Assembly: GCF_006345805.1 (NCBI RefSeq)
Contig: NW_021823588.1
Coordinates: forward strand, 1 to 21,827
Reading direction: 5' to 3'
Origin: Octopus sinensis
Lineage: Eukaryota
DNA length: 21,827 nt
The position numbers were made by a program, and so were the translations under genes. The notes beneath the pieces were generated by a model. The model did not search any database and was not told the DNA's origin. It was given only the letters and a program-made list of their open reading frames with translations. This document shows, piece after piece, positions 9,624-20,163 of this stretch (the first letter of the stretch is position 1; the number at the start of each line of letters is the position of its first letter).

Positions 9624-9625
<2 letters not shown>
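9300..9625 (+). mobile_element. Small inverted-arm element, probably an extremely 5'-truncated PLE terminus
   Basis: Arm 9300-9360 is the reverse complement of 9513-9578. A hammerhead starts immediately inside the left arm, and (TA)n lies on both sides. Confidence 0.65.
9363..9407 (+). ncRNA. Hammerhead ribozyme motif, type I minimal (family C)
   Basis: Helix I CATGCG/CGTATG, core TTGACGA (C3U), helix II GAGG-CAATTA-CCTT, GAAA, perfect palindrome ACTATAGT as helix III, canonical GUC triplet (cut after 9401). Confidence 0.75.
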
Positions 9626-9659
<34 letters not shown>

Positions 9660-9819
9660 ATTATTATTTGAGGGAATAAAATCCAAACTTACAAGGATTT
9701 ATATATATATAATGATATGTATTTAGGGTGTTTATGAGTGTGTAAAGAAACAGAAGTAAAAATTTTAATATCTAAAATTTGATCCCTGTTTCCAATATAC
9801 GACTTTTGTGCAAAGATTA

Positions 9820-10440
9820 AATCTTCCGTCTAGGTACGATTGGGATTTCAAATTAAACGCTCTATACTAACAGAGAATTCAATATGTATTAGGATTTGTT
9901 CCGTCTGAAAGCAATATTTATTTAATTTCACAGTATTATTCAAGATATAATTTCATATATAAGCCCTGAAATTATTTATGCAAAATATTTTACAAAACTT
10001 AAGTGGAACAAAGATTTTACGTGCCTCTTTAATCTGAATTGAGCTCAAAATCGACAGATCAATTCTCGACAGATCTACTAAAGTAACACGTAGTCAACAA
10101 GCAGAAAATTTCACCTCGTAAATTTTCTCACTGTTCTATAATGATATGTTTACAGACGCGCATATACGCACAAATACGTATAAAGCACAAACAAACACTC
10201 ACACACACACACACACTCAGGTTCATACGGACTTGCATATAAACCCGCAATACAGTGCATGCACTCATGCACTCACATATATGGATATATACACATCTAT
10301 ACATACACTCACATATCTGAAAGAATAATCATGAAGTAGTTTTAATTCGTGAGAATTGCATTTTTTGAAATCACTTTCCATTCCATTTACTCTGGTTGAG
10401 TTGTCTTTCATACATTCACCTGGAAATCGTTAATTCATAT
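9820..10440 (+). repeat. Local diverged direct duplicate of about 11350-11770
   Basis: CTATACTAACAGAGAATTC occurs near 9862 and 11397; a CA-rich spacer and TTTACTCT..AGTTGTCTTTCATA block follow in both copies. Confidence 0.7.
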
Positions 10441-10651
10441 ACTACAAGACATCACGATATCGAAAACTTCAACAATCGTCAAAGCTTTCTTAAGATCTAC
10501 AGGTTGGCGGTGGAATCAGGGATTGCGGAATCAACAAGATCTTCGGAATGTTTAATGGATGACGGTAAAATGAAAACATTTTGCTTTCACAGCGTTGCCA
10601 CCATGACGGTGGCCGGTCAAAATTTAGCCTGAATGAAGAAGAGGAAATGAG

Positions 10652-10781
10652 CGTACATACATACATACATTATTACGTACGTACGTACATACATACATGC
10701 ATACATACGTACGTACATACATACATGCATACATACGTACGTACATACATATGTACGTACATACATACATACATACATACA

Positions 10782-10817
<36 letters not shown>

Positions 10818-10820
10818 TAT
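10652..10820. repeat. (TACA/TACG)n microsatellite
   Basis: Read directly. Confidence 0.95.
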
Positions 10821-10919
10821 GTATTTCTTTTCAATCTCATACCAGTTCCAGCTTTCGAATTGAAGTCATGTGATTGCGAAAGCGAACTGAACTTCGAAGC
10901 CATCCAGTCCCGAGAGCAC

Positions 10920-11110
10920 ACATAACATGCATGGCCGATGCTAAGTCATTGCATAAACGTGGCTTAGACAATTCCATCAACTCATGGACTCATGTCCTTC
11001 GTTTCGTACTCACATTATTAAGTCAGTTCAATCGATTTCTATTCTTGGTTTGGTTCTCACATTATAAGTTTCGAATCTTAAAAAGCAAACATTATTTTGG
11101 AAGAATGTAA
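10920..11110 (+). repeat. Direct duplicate of about 8145-8290
   Basis: CATAA(C/T)ATGCATGG..GTCATTGCATAAAC(G/T)TGGCTTAG(A/C)CAATTCCATCAACTCATG is present in both. Confidence 0.85.
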
Positions 11111-11151
11111 AATTTAAAAAAAAAGCAAAGTAGAATGTATATACACACACT

Positions 11152-11190
<39 letters not shown>

Positions 11191-11799
11191 ACACACACAC
11201 ACTTACACACACACATGTTTATATACATACATACATATAGTGATATATGTATTGTTTGTGTATGTGTGTATGTGTGTTAAGTTATACGAGTATGTAAAGA
11301 TTTAATGGCGATAATTTAATCCGTTTCCAACAAGTGGCTTTTGTCCAATGATTACAACCTCCGCCAACGTAGGATTCGGAGTCCAAATTAGGCATTCTAT
11401 ACTAACAGAGAATTCCGTCTGTCTTTGGATTTAGTGACAATAATTTCAATATTTATTTCAAATTATTAAAGATATCATTTTATCGTTTATTCCTGCGACA
11501 CACCACAAACATACACACATATTCTCGTACCCACGCATACTCATACGCACATGTGTATGTACAGGAAAACTAACACATAAGCACATATACAGACATAGAC
11601 GAATATATATACATGTATACATACACACGCATATGTAGGAGAATACTGGGAAACTAATCTTAACATCTGAAAATTGTATTTATTGCAATTATATTCCGTT
11701 TGATTGGCCTCCGTTGCTTTACTCTTAATAAGTTGTCTTTCATATAAGAAAAAAAATCATTCATCTCTATTACAGTCCGGTGTGTAATACACCGTACTG

Positions 11800-12098
11800 T
11801 TGGTAGAGTCATACTGTAGTATTCCGTAAATTTTCTAAAACTGACAACTTGCTAAATTCCTTGAGAGCATTGTTAAAACATACTAGTAAATATAATAATA
11901 CATATCCTTCATGCTCGAAATTACTATATATCAACTTTTAAAAGGCTAATAATACATGAATAGAAAAAAAAAATAATAAATTCGCTGGCTAATGGTGGAA
12001 AGTCGAACTCGGAATCACAAATATCCTACAATTCTACGATTTCTCCAAATAGCCTGCAGAGAATTTCGATGAAATTTTGTCTCATAAGCCTTTACACC
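11800..12098 (-). repeat. Inverted third copy of the 7011/7506 unit (3' half)
   Basis: The reverse complement contains TATGAGACAAAATTTCATC, TCGTAGA.TTGTAGGATAT and TATTAGCCTTTTAAAAGTTGATATATAGTAATTTCGAGCATGA, as in unit 1. Confidence 0.88.
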
Positions 12099-12289
12099 TA
12101 ACCCTATCTGTATGTTCACACACACACACATACATTCACATAAACATATATACAGATGCACACATGCACACACATCAAATGCATTGTTGCCAACTGCGTG
12201 AAAATGTCTTCCAGATATTTTCTACGGTGGTCGAAACAGCCTGGAAAATGGTAACTAAAAAGCAAGGGAAGTTGACCTTATTGAGATCG

Positions 12290-12545
12290 GTGAGTCAAAA
12301 GAATATTGATAGAACTTAGAGATTAAAACAGCCCCTAACTTATAACGCTCCCGGCCAGATATCGTTGTGAGGGAGCGCGATGAAGTTATATGTTATGTCC
12401 TGAAATGCATCCGCTCTCTGGAAACCATTATGTTTAGAAAAATGCAAGAGGAAGTGGATATCTGACGATCATTGATAAACGAGTTTGCAAATCAAACACG
12501 TAGGATACACTTTCAGTTTCATGCATACTACAACTGGAGCAACTG
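12290..12545 (+). pseudogene. Possible highly decayed restriction-like endonuclease fragment
   Basis: RPDIVVRERDEVICYVL (from 12352) resembles the RPD-x-V RLE motif; the rest is weak. Confidence 0.35.
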
Positions 12546-12800
12546 TGTGTATACATACATAAATACATACATACGCACAGACGGTTCATCAGGGAGACTG
12601 ACTGAGAAATACATGGTTAGACAGACAGAGAGATAAATAGATAGAGAGATAGATAGATAGATACATACATGCATACATACATACATGCATACATAAGTAC
12701 ATGTATTAGTAGTAGATTTCGATCAAGTTTTATATATATATATATATATATATATGAATGTATATATGTCGATATACATACATACACACATGCATACATC

Positions 12801-12867
<67 letters not shown>

Positions 12868-12875
12868 TATATATA

Positions 12876-13022
12876 CACCGGAGTAAGCACATAAATGTGA
12901 AACAATGTGAAAAAGAGTCTCCAATACCTGAGATAGAGTAATATGCTTTATTTCAAAACAGCAGAAAATATAACAAAAGCTGTTACTCAGAGTTTCACGC
13001 TTCCGTTCATCGAACAGTTTTA
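12876..13022 (-). mobile_element. Short PLE-terminus-like repeat carrying hammerhead family B (12975-13021), ending in (TA)n
   Basis: Reverse complement matches 9191-9265: AAAACTGT-TCGATGA-ACG GAAG CGT-GAA-ACTC(T)GAGT-A-ACAGCTTTT. Confidence 0.75.
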
Positions 13023-15897
13023 AATGTCCCACACGCGATAGCAGTCGTTCGACATAGGCTCACAGGTCGGAAATGGTTGGACACTACGAGTGTGTGCAGA
13101 ACAGTTTCGTCGCTCTGACCGCATCACGGGCAGGTCGGCTCCGTGTTTCTCGAGCCATGCATGTAGAGCTTATCCCGAACGGGTAGTGCTTCTCGATAGC
13201 ACTGCCAGGCTAGGGATCTCTGGAAGTTGTCCATAGGTCCCGGCCCGAAAGTCGTTTCAAACAGGCGGGTCAGGTATTCCTCGTCGACGCCCAGGTTCAC
13301 CCCGAGATCGTCGTCGTCCCTCTCCTCCCCTAATCCCCTTTTAGAAAGCTTTGGTTGTGTTGTAGTCGCTGAAAGTCGATCCGAGACAGCATAATTGCTC
13401 GAGAGCAACATGACACTCGGGGTGCCATTCGCCCTTCCTCGGCCTCTTTTTGATCCTTGACTGCAGTTCGGTCATTGAGACGAGCTGCGGGAAAGCGTGC
13501 CTCACAAAGGGCGACCACACCTGTTCACCGTCGGGAAAGCGTGTCTCGACGGTGAACATCACCGTCGCCTGAGATCTCGCAGTCTCAGCGCGTGTCTGCG
13601 CATGCCCAACCACGGCATGCCCAACCCTCATTTTAACGGGTGCTGATAGCAAATGGATCACCTGACCATTGGAACGCATCCTTTTCACAAGAAGCGGAAG
13701 AGAATGCGTTCCAGTTTGGTGATGGTAGGATCGGTACAAGGCACCACGGTCAGGCGGTAGTAGACGTTGGGCGCGATGTATGTGTTCGCCACCTCCGCCC
13801 GACCTTTCAAGGACAGCTTCCTCACAGTCCATTGCGAGAGTGACCACCCTACTCGTTATCTCCTTCCAGTTTTCTCCATTTGGAGGTCCGGACCAAACCA
13901 GACCCCGAGCAACTCGACCGGACCGTTGGTCCAGCGTCTCACGACGGAGGCGCTGGTGGTCGGTATGGGCTTGCTTCTCCAGCCGCAAGCCCACTGACTT
14001 TTCCCGGTTGATTTTCGCTTCTGTCACCGCTTCGTAGTCTTTCAGTGTCTCGCCGACCAGGTCAATGTGATTGTGGCTAGACACTATGACGGTGACGTCT
14101 TCCGCGTATGCAGACACGCTCGTCCCGCATCCCAGTTCTCGCGGGATGCCTCTCAGCGTCGCCAGGTTCCACACTGGTGGATCGAGAGTCAATACGTACA
14201 GAAGCGACGAGAGGGGGCATCCCTGGCGGACCGAACGTGCAATGTCGAAAGGTCTCGACATTGCCGCTATGAGAACAGCCTCCAATTATCAGTGGTCTAC
14301 CCAATCGAAAACTTTTGATTGATCCAAATACATCAGGGCCCCACACATGCCAGGTTCCCTAACTACCCTGTTTGTGATGTAGCGCATCAGATGGAGGTTG
14401 TCATGGATGCTCCAGCCAGGCACAGCGCACGTTTGCGCACAAAATCGGGGATGCTCCCATGTTGCTGCCAATTGCAGTACACTGGTGCCAAGACGTCTCC
14501 AGACAAGTTTAGCATACAACTTTAAAGCTCGTAGGGTAGACCATCCAAACACGGGGATTTGTCCCTCGAGCATTCTGCCATCGCGTCCTCCACTTCCGCC
14601 GCCGCGATGGCACCTTCGCAGCGCCCTGCTTCTCTTGTCGAGAGTCGTGGCAGGCTGTGTAGGTAAGCACTGAAGTCCACCCTACGTTCTTGCCCGCTAC
14701 TCGTCCGGAACAGTCGGGCAAAATGCTGTTGAAAGGCCTCACACATTTTACTTGACTCGAGCAATTCACGCCCCTGTTCATCTACCAGAGACTGAATGGT
14801 GGGTCTGTGGGCCTGCTGCGCCCCAACCGTGCGGCCCCAACACCTCCGTCCCTTAGAGCACGCATCCTAGCTCTGACAACACACCCTTCGTGTTTGGCTT
14901 TGAAGTGTTGGTCGAGGGCCAACCTCGCCACCAAAACGTCGGAAGCGATGCCACTCCTTATTGCCTCTTCTAGCTTCTTAACTAGCTCATCCTCTACTCT
15001 ATTTCTATCTGTGGCTAGTGCTTTGCTGTACCTAATCGCTTCTACTTTCATTGCTCTCTTGAGAGTAAACCACCATTTGTTGTTGATGATGGCTCCCGTG
15101 AAAGCCCTCTTTGCTAGCGTCCTAATCCGGTCTCTGAAAACTTGTCTCTTTATTGCTGACAAGGGGCTAAACATAGAGGGGATAAACAAGGTCAGACAAA
15201 GGGATTAAGTCGATTACATCCACCCCAGTACGTAACTGGTACTTAATTTATCGATCCCTAAAGGCTGAAAGGCAAAGTCAAACTCGGCGGAATTTGAACT
15301 CAGAATTTGAACCCAGCGAAAGACGTCTTTAGTTTCGAGTACCCGGGACGCTGCCTATGTGTCTTATCTAAGTCTAGCGTACACGTCACAAGTTTGTGAT
15401 CCGTGTACCTGACTATGTGGAATTGTGGACACCCTACGCTATCTCTATCTACAGTATCCTATCTTGTTACGATCTCGATGACCTGATGTGGTTGCTCCAT
15501 GTCCACGTTGGTACATTTGGGTGGTCGAGTCGGTACCTGTCACACAATTGAAAGCATCTAAGCAGGTCTCTGAGGCATTTGTATCCCCGTCTAATCCTAT
15601 CTCTGCCCACGTAGTCTTCATGCGTGCCCAAGGTAGCATTCCAGCCCCCCACAAAAAGTAATGGGCGAGACGTTCCCAGGAAACCTATAGGCGTCGAAAG
15701 ATAACCGGCCTACCTGTTAAAGGTGATGCGTAGACTGATATGAATCGAAAAGCGGGCCCTTTGCTGCCGCCGACATCCAGGACGACCAGTCTACCCTTCA
15801 GTTCTGCGAATATTGTCTTTACTTCGAGACCCAGACTCTTCAGAAAAAGTACCACCGTGCCACTACCTGTCTCTGCAGACAGGGGAAAAAAAAATAT
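13023..15897 (-). mobile_element. L1/Tx1 LINE copy C: most of ORF2, truncated at both ends, internally deleted, interrupted by a SINE
   Basis: Endonuclease (LLFVGGWNATL, PTWTWSN), RT (PCLDGLPYEL, LDQSKVFDWVDH, SVRQGCPLS, AYAEDVTV) and CCHC finger. Collinear with copies A and B. Confidence 0.92.
15147..15312 (-). mobile_element. 5'-truncated tRNA-SINE (tail type A) inserted in LINE copy C
   Basis: Matches 8307-8455. It interrupts the YxKLxTS..RQVFRxRI segment, which is contiguous in copy A (about 1655-1705). Confidence 0.85.
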
Positions 15898-16060
15898 ATT
15901 CCTCTGTCTTCCCTCTCTGGATCTTTCCTTCTCCTGTGTTTCCGACGAAGAGCTCCGCTTGAAACGTTAACCCTCCTTCTTCCTTCTTCCTGAGCGTCCA
16001 TAATAATATTTTGTTCCACGTCCTCCGTTGTGTTTTTTGTGCTTTCATGTTTGATTAACT
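15898..16060 (+). mobile_element. Short PLE-terminus-like segment with hammerhead family D (15938-15971), running into (TA/CA)n
   Basis: GTTT-CCGACGA-A-GAGC TCC GCTT-GAA-ACGT-T-AAC. LINE homology stops at about 15897. Confidence 0.55.
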
Positions 16061-16136
16061 TATACACACACACATACACACACACACACATATACACACA
16101 CACACCATATATAATATATATACACACACACATATA

Positions 16137-16178
<42 letters not shown>

Positions 16179-16314
16179 TAGTATGTTGCATATATGAATA
16201 TACGTGTATGTATTTACGTGTATACATACGTACACACACATACACATACATATACACATGCATACTGACACATACACGCTTGCATACACAAATATGTATA
16301 AGCGTGTATGCCTT

Positions 16315-16345
<31 letters not shown>
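16061..16345. repeat. Compound (CA)n/(TA)n/(TG)n microsatellite
   Basis: Read directly. Confidence 0.93.
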
Positions 16346-16693
16346 GTGCATCTGGATGTAACGTATGAGTCTGAGATTCGCATGCCTTTCTTATAGATCA
16401 TTAGCTTCCTAAGTGGATGTCATTCATGATTTTAATCGTAATCGAAACAGGTTCGATGATATCTTTGAGCGGGACAATGGCCGCCTTACACGGACAGATA
16501 AACTCACACAGGCATTAATACTTACAGCATTGCTCACGCACAATACACCGCGCACAACGAACTCACTTACACGCTCATATGTTTTTAAGCACGTACGTAC
16601 ATATGTATGTGTACAAATGTATATACACATGCATATTCATATATAGAGTGAGTGTGGGAGAGACGGAGAGATGTAGTAGATAGATTCATGGAT

Positions 16694-16886
<193 letters not shown>

Positions 16887-16973
16887 CTTAGACTGATTGA
16901 TAGAGAGATATCGGGAGAGGCGAGTCATTAATTGATTTTCTTCTTTAATAGATACATGTTTATGTAATTACAC

Positions 16974-17031
<58 letters not shown>

Positions 17032-17260
17032 GTGTGTATGTATATATAGTTTATGTATGTATATTTATAAGTATTATATGTACATATGTAGGCTCACTCT
17101 CACACAGGCATTCACGTGCGCGTGCCTTTTTTAGTTTCTTTTTTGTATGGATTTTTTCTGTGCCTTTATGAGATTATTAACTTATACACGTAAAGCACAT
17201 ATAATGGCCTTTTATAGCACGGCAGAGAGTGCAGTAAATATAATAAACAATAGATAAACA

Positions 17261-17294
<34 letters not shown>

Positions 17295-17375
17295 TAATAA
17301 TAATAATAATAATAATATAATAATAATATAATAATAATAATAATGAAGATGATGATGATGATAACGACAACGACG
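17261..17375. repeat. (TAA)n grading into (GAT)n/(GAC)n
   Basis: Read directly. Confidence 0.95.
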
Positions 17376-17399
17376 AAAACAATTGCATTAAGCGCAACA

Positions 17400-18329
17400 A
17401 TTCCTTTTATTTGCCACAGGGGCCCAAGAGGTTGGGAACTGTACAAAGGTGAAACACAAAAGAAGCCAACAAACAAGTAACTGTGGGATTTACATCAAGT
17501 ATAAGGTGAGATCAACAATTACAATCTATAAATGCATAACAATAAATAACAATAACAATGCAGGATAATAGAACCGCAAAATGTATTAAAGACCAGCCAC
17601 ACAGGGTGACTGGGGACAAGTTACTCACAACCCCTGAATTGCCTTGAGGCAGATGTTGCCACGATCCTACAGCCAATAAGTCAATTTATCCTCGTTTTCA
17701 ACGTCATTTTCGCCAGTTTCACTCACTTTTCTTCTTAAAATTTACTAAAGAACAGTAACTCCATTCTTAACCTCACGTTCTTCTTCAATTGCTACATACA
17801 AAACATGTTGATTGCTGGCCCTGAGAAGGTAAGATCTGATCTGAACCCATTCATACACATCGCCATATAACTTTCTATACCCAAGCAACTAAACAACAGT
17901 CTTTCATTTTCCAAAGGAATGAGTCGGTTGATCTTCATGAGAACCTGAGCTAATAGCCGGGTCTGTACCATCCGTTTTAACAGCTACATAATATAAACTC
18001 ACGCACCAGCAATACACTGATAGTGAACAAGTCTGTTACCAGATGAATTTCTCCATTGTGCGATTCTTGCAGCGGCCATGTCGTTGCTGCTCAAGCATTG
18101 AATAGGCGGTTTTTCACGTAGCGATGCTCGATCAAATATTTTTGGAAATACACCTTTGGAAAGTTTTCTTGCAGAAACTATTAAGTCTGTTCTCAGTGCC
18201 ACACAGAATCGATTCCAAGTCACCGTGGCTTTTAGCGTTGATTGATCCAGCATAGAATGTGTGTAGTGACATTACACTCGACCACATTGTCACACACGAG
18301 TAAGTACAGTCAAAGTCCTGCAATATTCT
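17400..18329 (-). mobile_element. Probable old L1/Tx1-like 3' fragment (copy D, different family)
   Basis: The 3' end GCCCCTGTGGCAAATAAAAG resembles copy B's GCCCCGTGTGGCTAATAAAG. It has a U-rich UTR and a decayed finger-like QCGRV..H....W motif about 0.9 kb upstream, a spacing similar to copy B. Confidence 0.45.
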
Positions 18330-18385
18330 AAATAATAATAATAATAATAACAACAATAATAATAATGGATAATAATAATAATAGC

Positions 18386-18416
<31 letters not shown>

Positions 18417-18547
18417 TGATGATGATAATAATAATATATAATAATAACAATAATAATATAATAATAATGATAATATAATAATAATAATAATATATAATAA
18501 TAATAATAATAATAATCATAATAATAAATAATAATAATGATAATAAT
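18330..18547. repeat. (TAA)n microsatellite
   Basis: Read directly. Confidence 0.97.
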
Positions 18548-19020
18548 TGGTATAACCAATAACCTAGTAAAGTACTAGAAGTAGGAATACAAGACGTCGT
18601 GGGACCTTAACATTTAGACTGACAGAGTAATAGGAACCAGAAGGCCTGATTTGGTAGTAGTAGATAAAGAGAATAGAAAGTACCAGATAATAGACTTTCC
18701 AATCCCAAATGATGAAAGCATTAATATAAGAAGTATAGAAAAAATAGCACAGTACAAGGACCTAGCCATTGCATTACAGGGACTATGGAAAGTTCGGGTA
18801 AAATGTATTCCTGTAATTATAGGTGCATTGGGAATTATCACTAAAGATCTGAACAAATTGATAGAGGAAATAGGCATAAAACCCAATTTACTGCAGCTGC
18901 AGAAATCGGTGTTGTTAGGCTTAGGGTTAGGATACTTAGGATGGTTCTTTGCCATCTAAGGTTATGATGTTAGGATTCTTTTCTTTTCCAGCAGTCTAAT
19001 CTGTTGAGTGTATATGAATA
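18548..19020 (+). mobile_element. 5'-truncated RLE-type non-LTR retrotransposon (R4/Dong-like), endonuclease C-terminus plus short UTR
   Basis: WDLNI*TDRVIGTRRPDLVVVDKE..IIDFPIP..EKIAQYKDL..LWKV..PVIIGALG..LQKSVLLG is a PD-(D/E)xK RLE. (TAA)n lies on both sides. Confidence 0.88.
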
Positions 19021-19072
19021 GATAATAATAATAATAATGATAATAATAATAATAATAATAAATAATAATAAC

Positions 19073-19109
<37 letters not shown>

Positions 19110-19200
19110 TAATATAATAATAATAATATGATAATAGTAATAATAATATAATAATAATAATAATATAATATAAAATAATAATAATAATATAATAATTATA

Positions 19201-19252
<52 letters not shown>

Positions 19253-19284
19253 TAATAATAAAATAATGTAATAGTAAAATAATA

Positions 19285-19325
<41 letters not shown>

Positions 19326-19345
19326 TGATGATGATGATGATGATT
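19021..19345. repeat. (TAA)n followed by (GAT)n microsatellite
   Basis: Read directly. Confidence 0.97.
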
Positions 19346-19904
19346 GACATGAGATGATGATTCTTGATGCATAGCAGGTACTGGCTTCTGATCTTAACTG
19401 ATCGGAAATGATATCATGTTCATGTTTTGTCTTGATATAAAAGATGGGCTACAGCAAATATTCTGCTCAATACCACAGATTTGCTTGTCAGTTGTTTGAC
19501 TTTAACCAGTTGAGCATGTCCCTTAGTGGCTGACGATATGTGCATCTCTGATCACGAGCAGAAGTAGTGGGGGAGCATCATAGCCATGTGTTGAGAGGGA
19601 TTCTTTGGGGTTTGAATAATTCACCTCAGGAAATGCGGGTGTTTCGTTCATCATCCTTAAACAACCCTTATCCAGGGATCTTTTGAGCGGGATGGGCTAC
19701 TCGACCAGAAGAAAATTCTAATTGTGCCCCACTTGCAAGATCAGGCGCTGTTTATTTTGATATGAGATCACCATGTCATGCACACATGATTGTGATGCAT
19801 GTGCCCTTATCAGACGGGTAGTCATGATGGGTATATTGGGCTTCGTATATTTTACCCGTGTCACTTTGATGGCATGCACTGCTCTCTCACTCAATAATAA
19901 TAAT
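19346..19904 (+). mobile_element. Non-coding, (AAT)n-tailed segment; probable long 3' UTR of a non-LTR element
   Basis: A GC-richer complex block with no ORF, bracketed by trinucleotide arrays and ending CTCACTC(AAT)n. The family assignment is an inference. Confidence 0.4.
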
Positions 19905-20091
19905 TTTGATGGGAGGGGGACAGTCGATTAAATCAAGCCTAATATGTGATTGGTACTTATTTCATCGAACCCCGAAAAGATGAAATTCAAATCAACCTCA
20001 GTAGTATTTGAACTCAAAACGTAAAGGCGGACGAAATGTTGTAAAGCATTTTGTCCGGCAATTTAACGCTTCTTGCCAGCCTACTTCCTTT
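19905..20091 (-). mobile_element. tRNA-SINE copy (diverged)
   Basis: Same head, B box (GAGTTCAAATAC) and central domain as 8303-8524. Confidence 0.75.
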
Positions 20092-20163
20092 AATATTTTG
20101 ATAATAATAATAATAATAATAATATAATAATAATAATAATAAAAGAATAATAATAATAATATA

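Noticed and set aside
10503-10640. Two exon-like segments (CTACAG|...|GTAAAA and TTTCACAG|)
   Set aside because: The first is 62 nt with a weak pyrimidine tract, the gap between them is only 28 nt, and no peptide is recognisable; it may be another diverged duplication block.
10581-10925. ORFs with YIHT/MYVC repeats, and similar poly-I/Y/L/H/S/T ORFs at 2684-3056, 12617-13032, 16060-17476, 18132-19350 and 20909-21338
   Set aside because: These are translations of microsatellites, not proteins.
15863-16048. ORF as the N-terminal extension of the LINE C endonuclease
   Set aside because: Similarity to copy A ends at about 15897. The remainder is better explained by a plus-strand hammerhead-bearing segment.
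16425-16460. Additional hammerhead near TTCATGA...GAAACAGGTT
   Set aside because: Two core mismatches and no convincing helix I or II in register.
16413-16646. 77-aa ORF MDVIHDFNRNR...
   Set aside because: No recognisable motif, and the 3' half is CA-rich low-complexity sequence.
19530-19665. Hammerhead cores CTGACGA (about 19530) and ATGATGA-AC-GAAAC (minus strand, about 19645)
   Set aside because: The first lacks a downstream GAAA; the second lacks helix II and a helix III/NUH.
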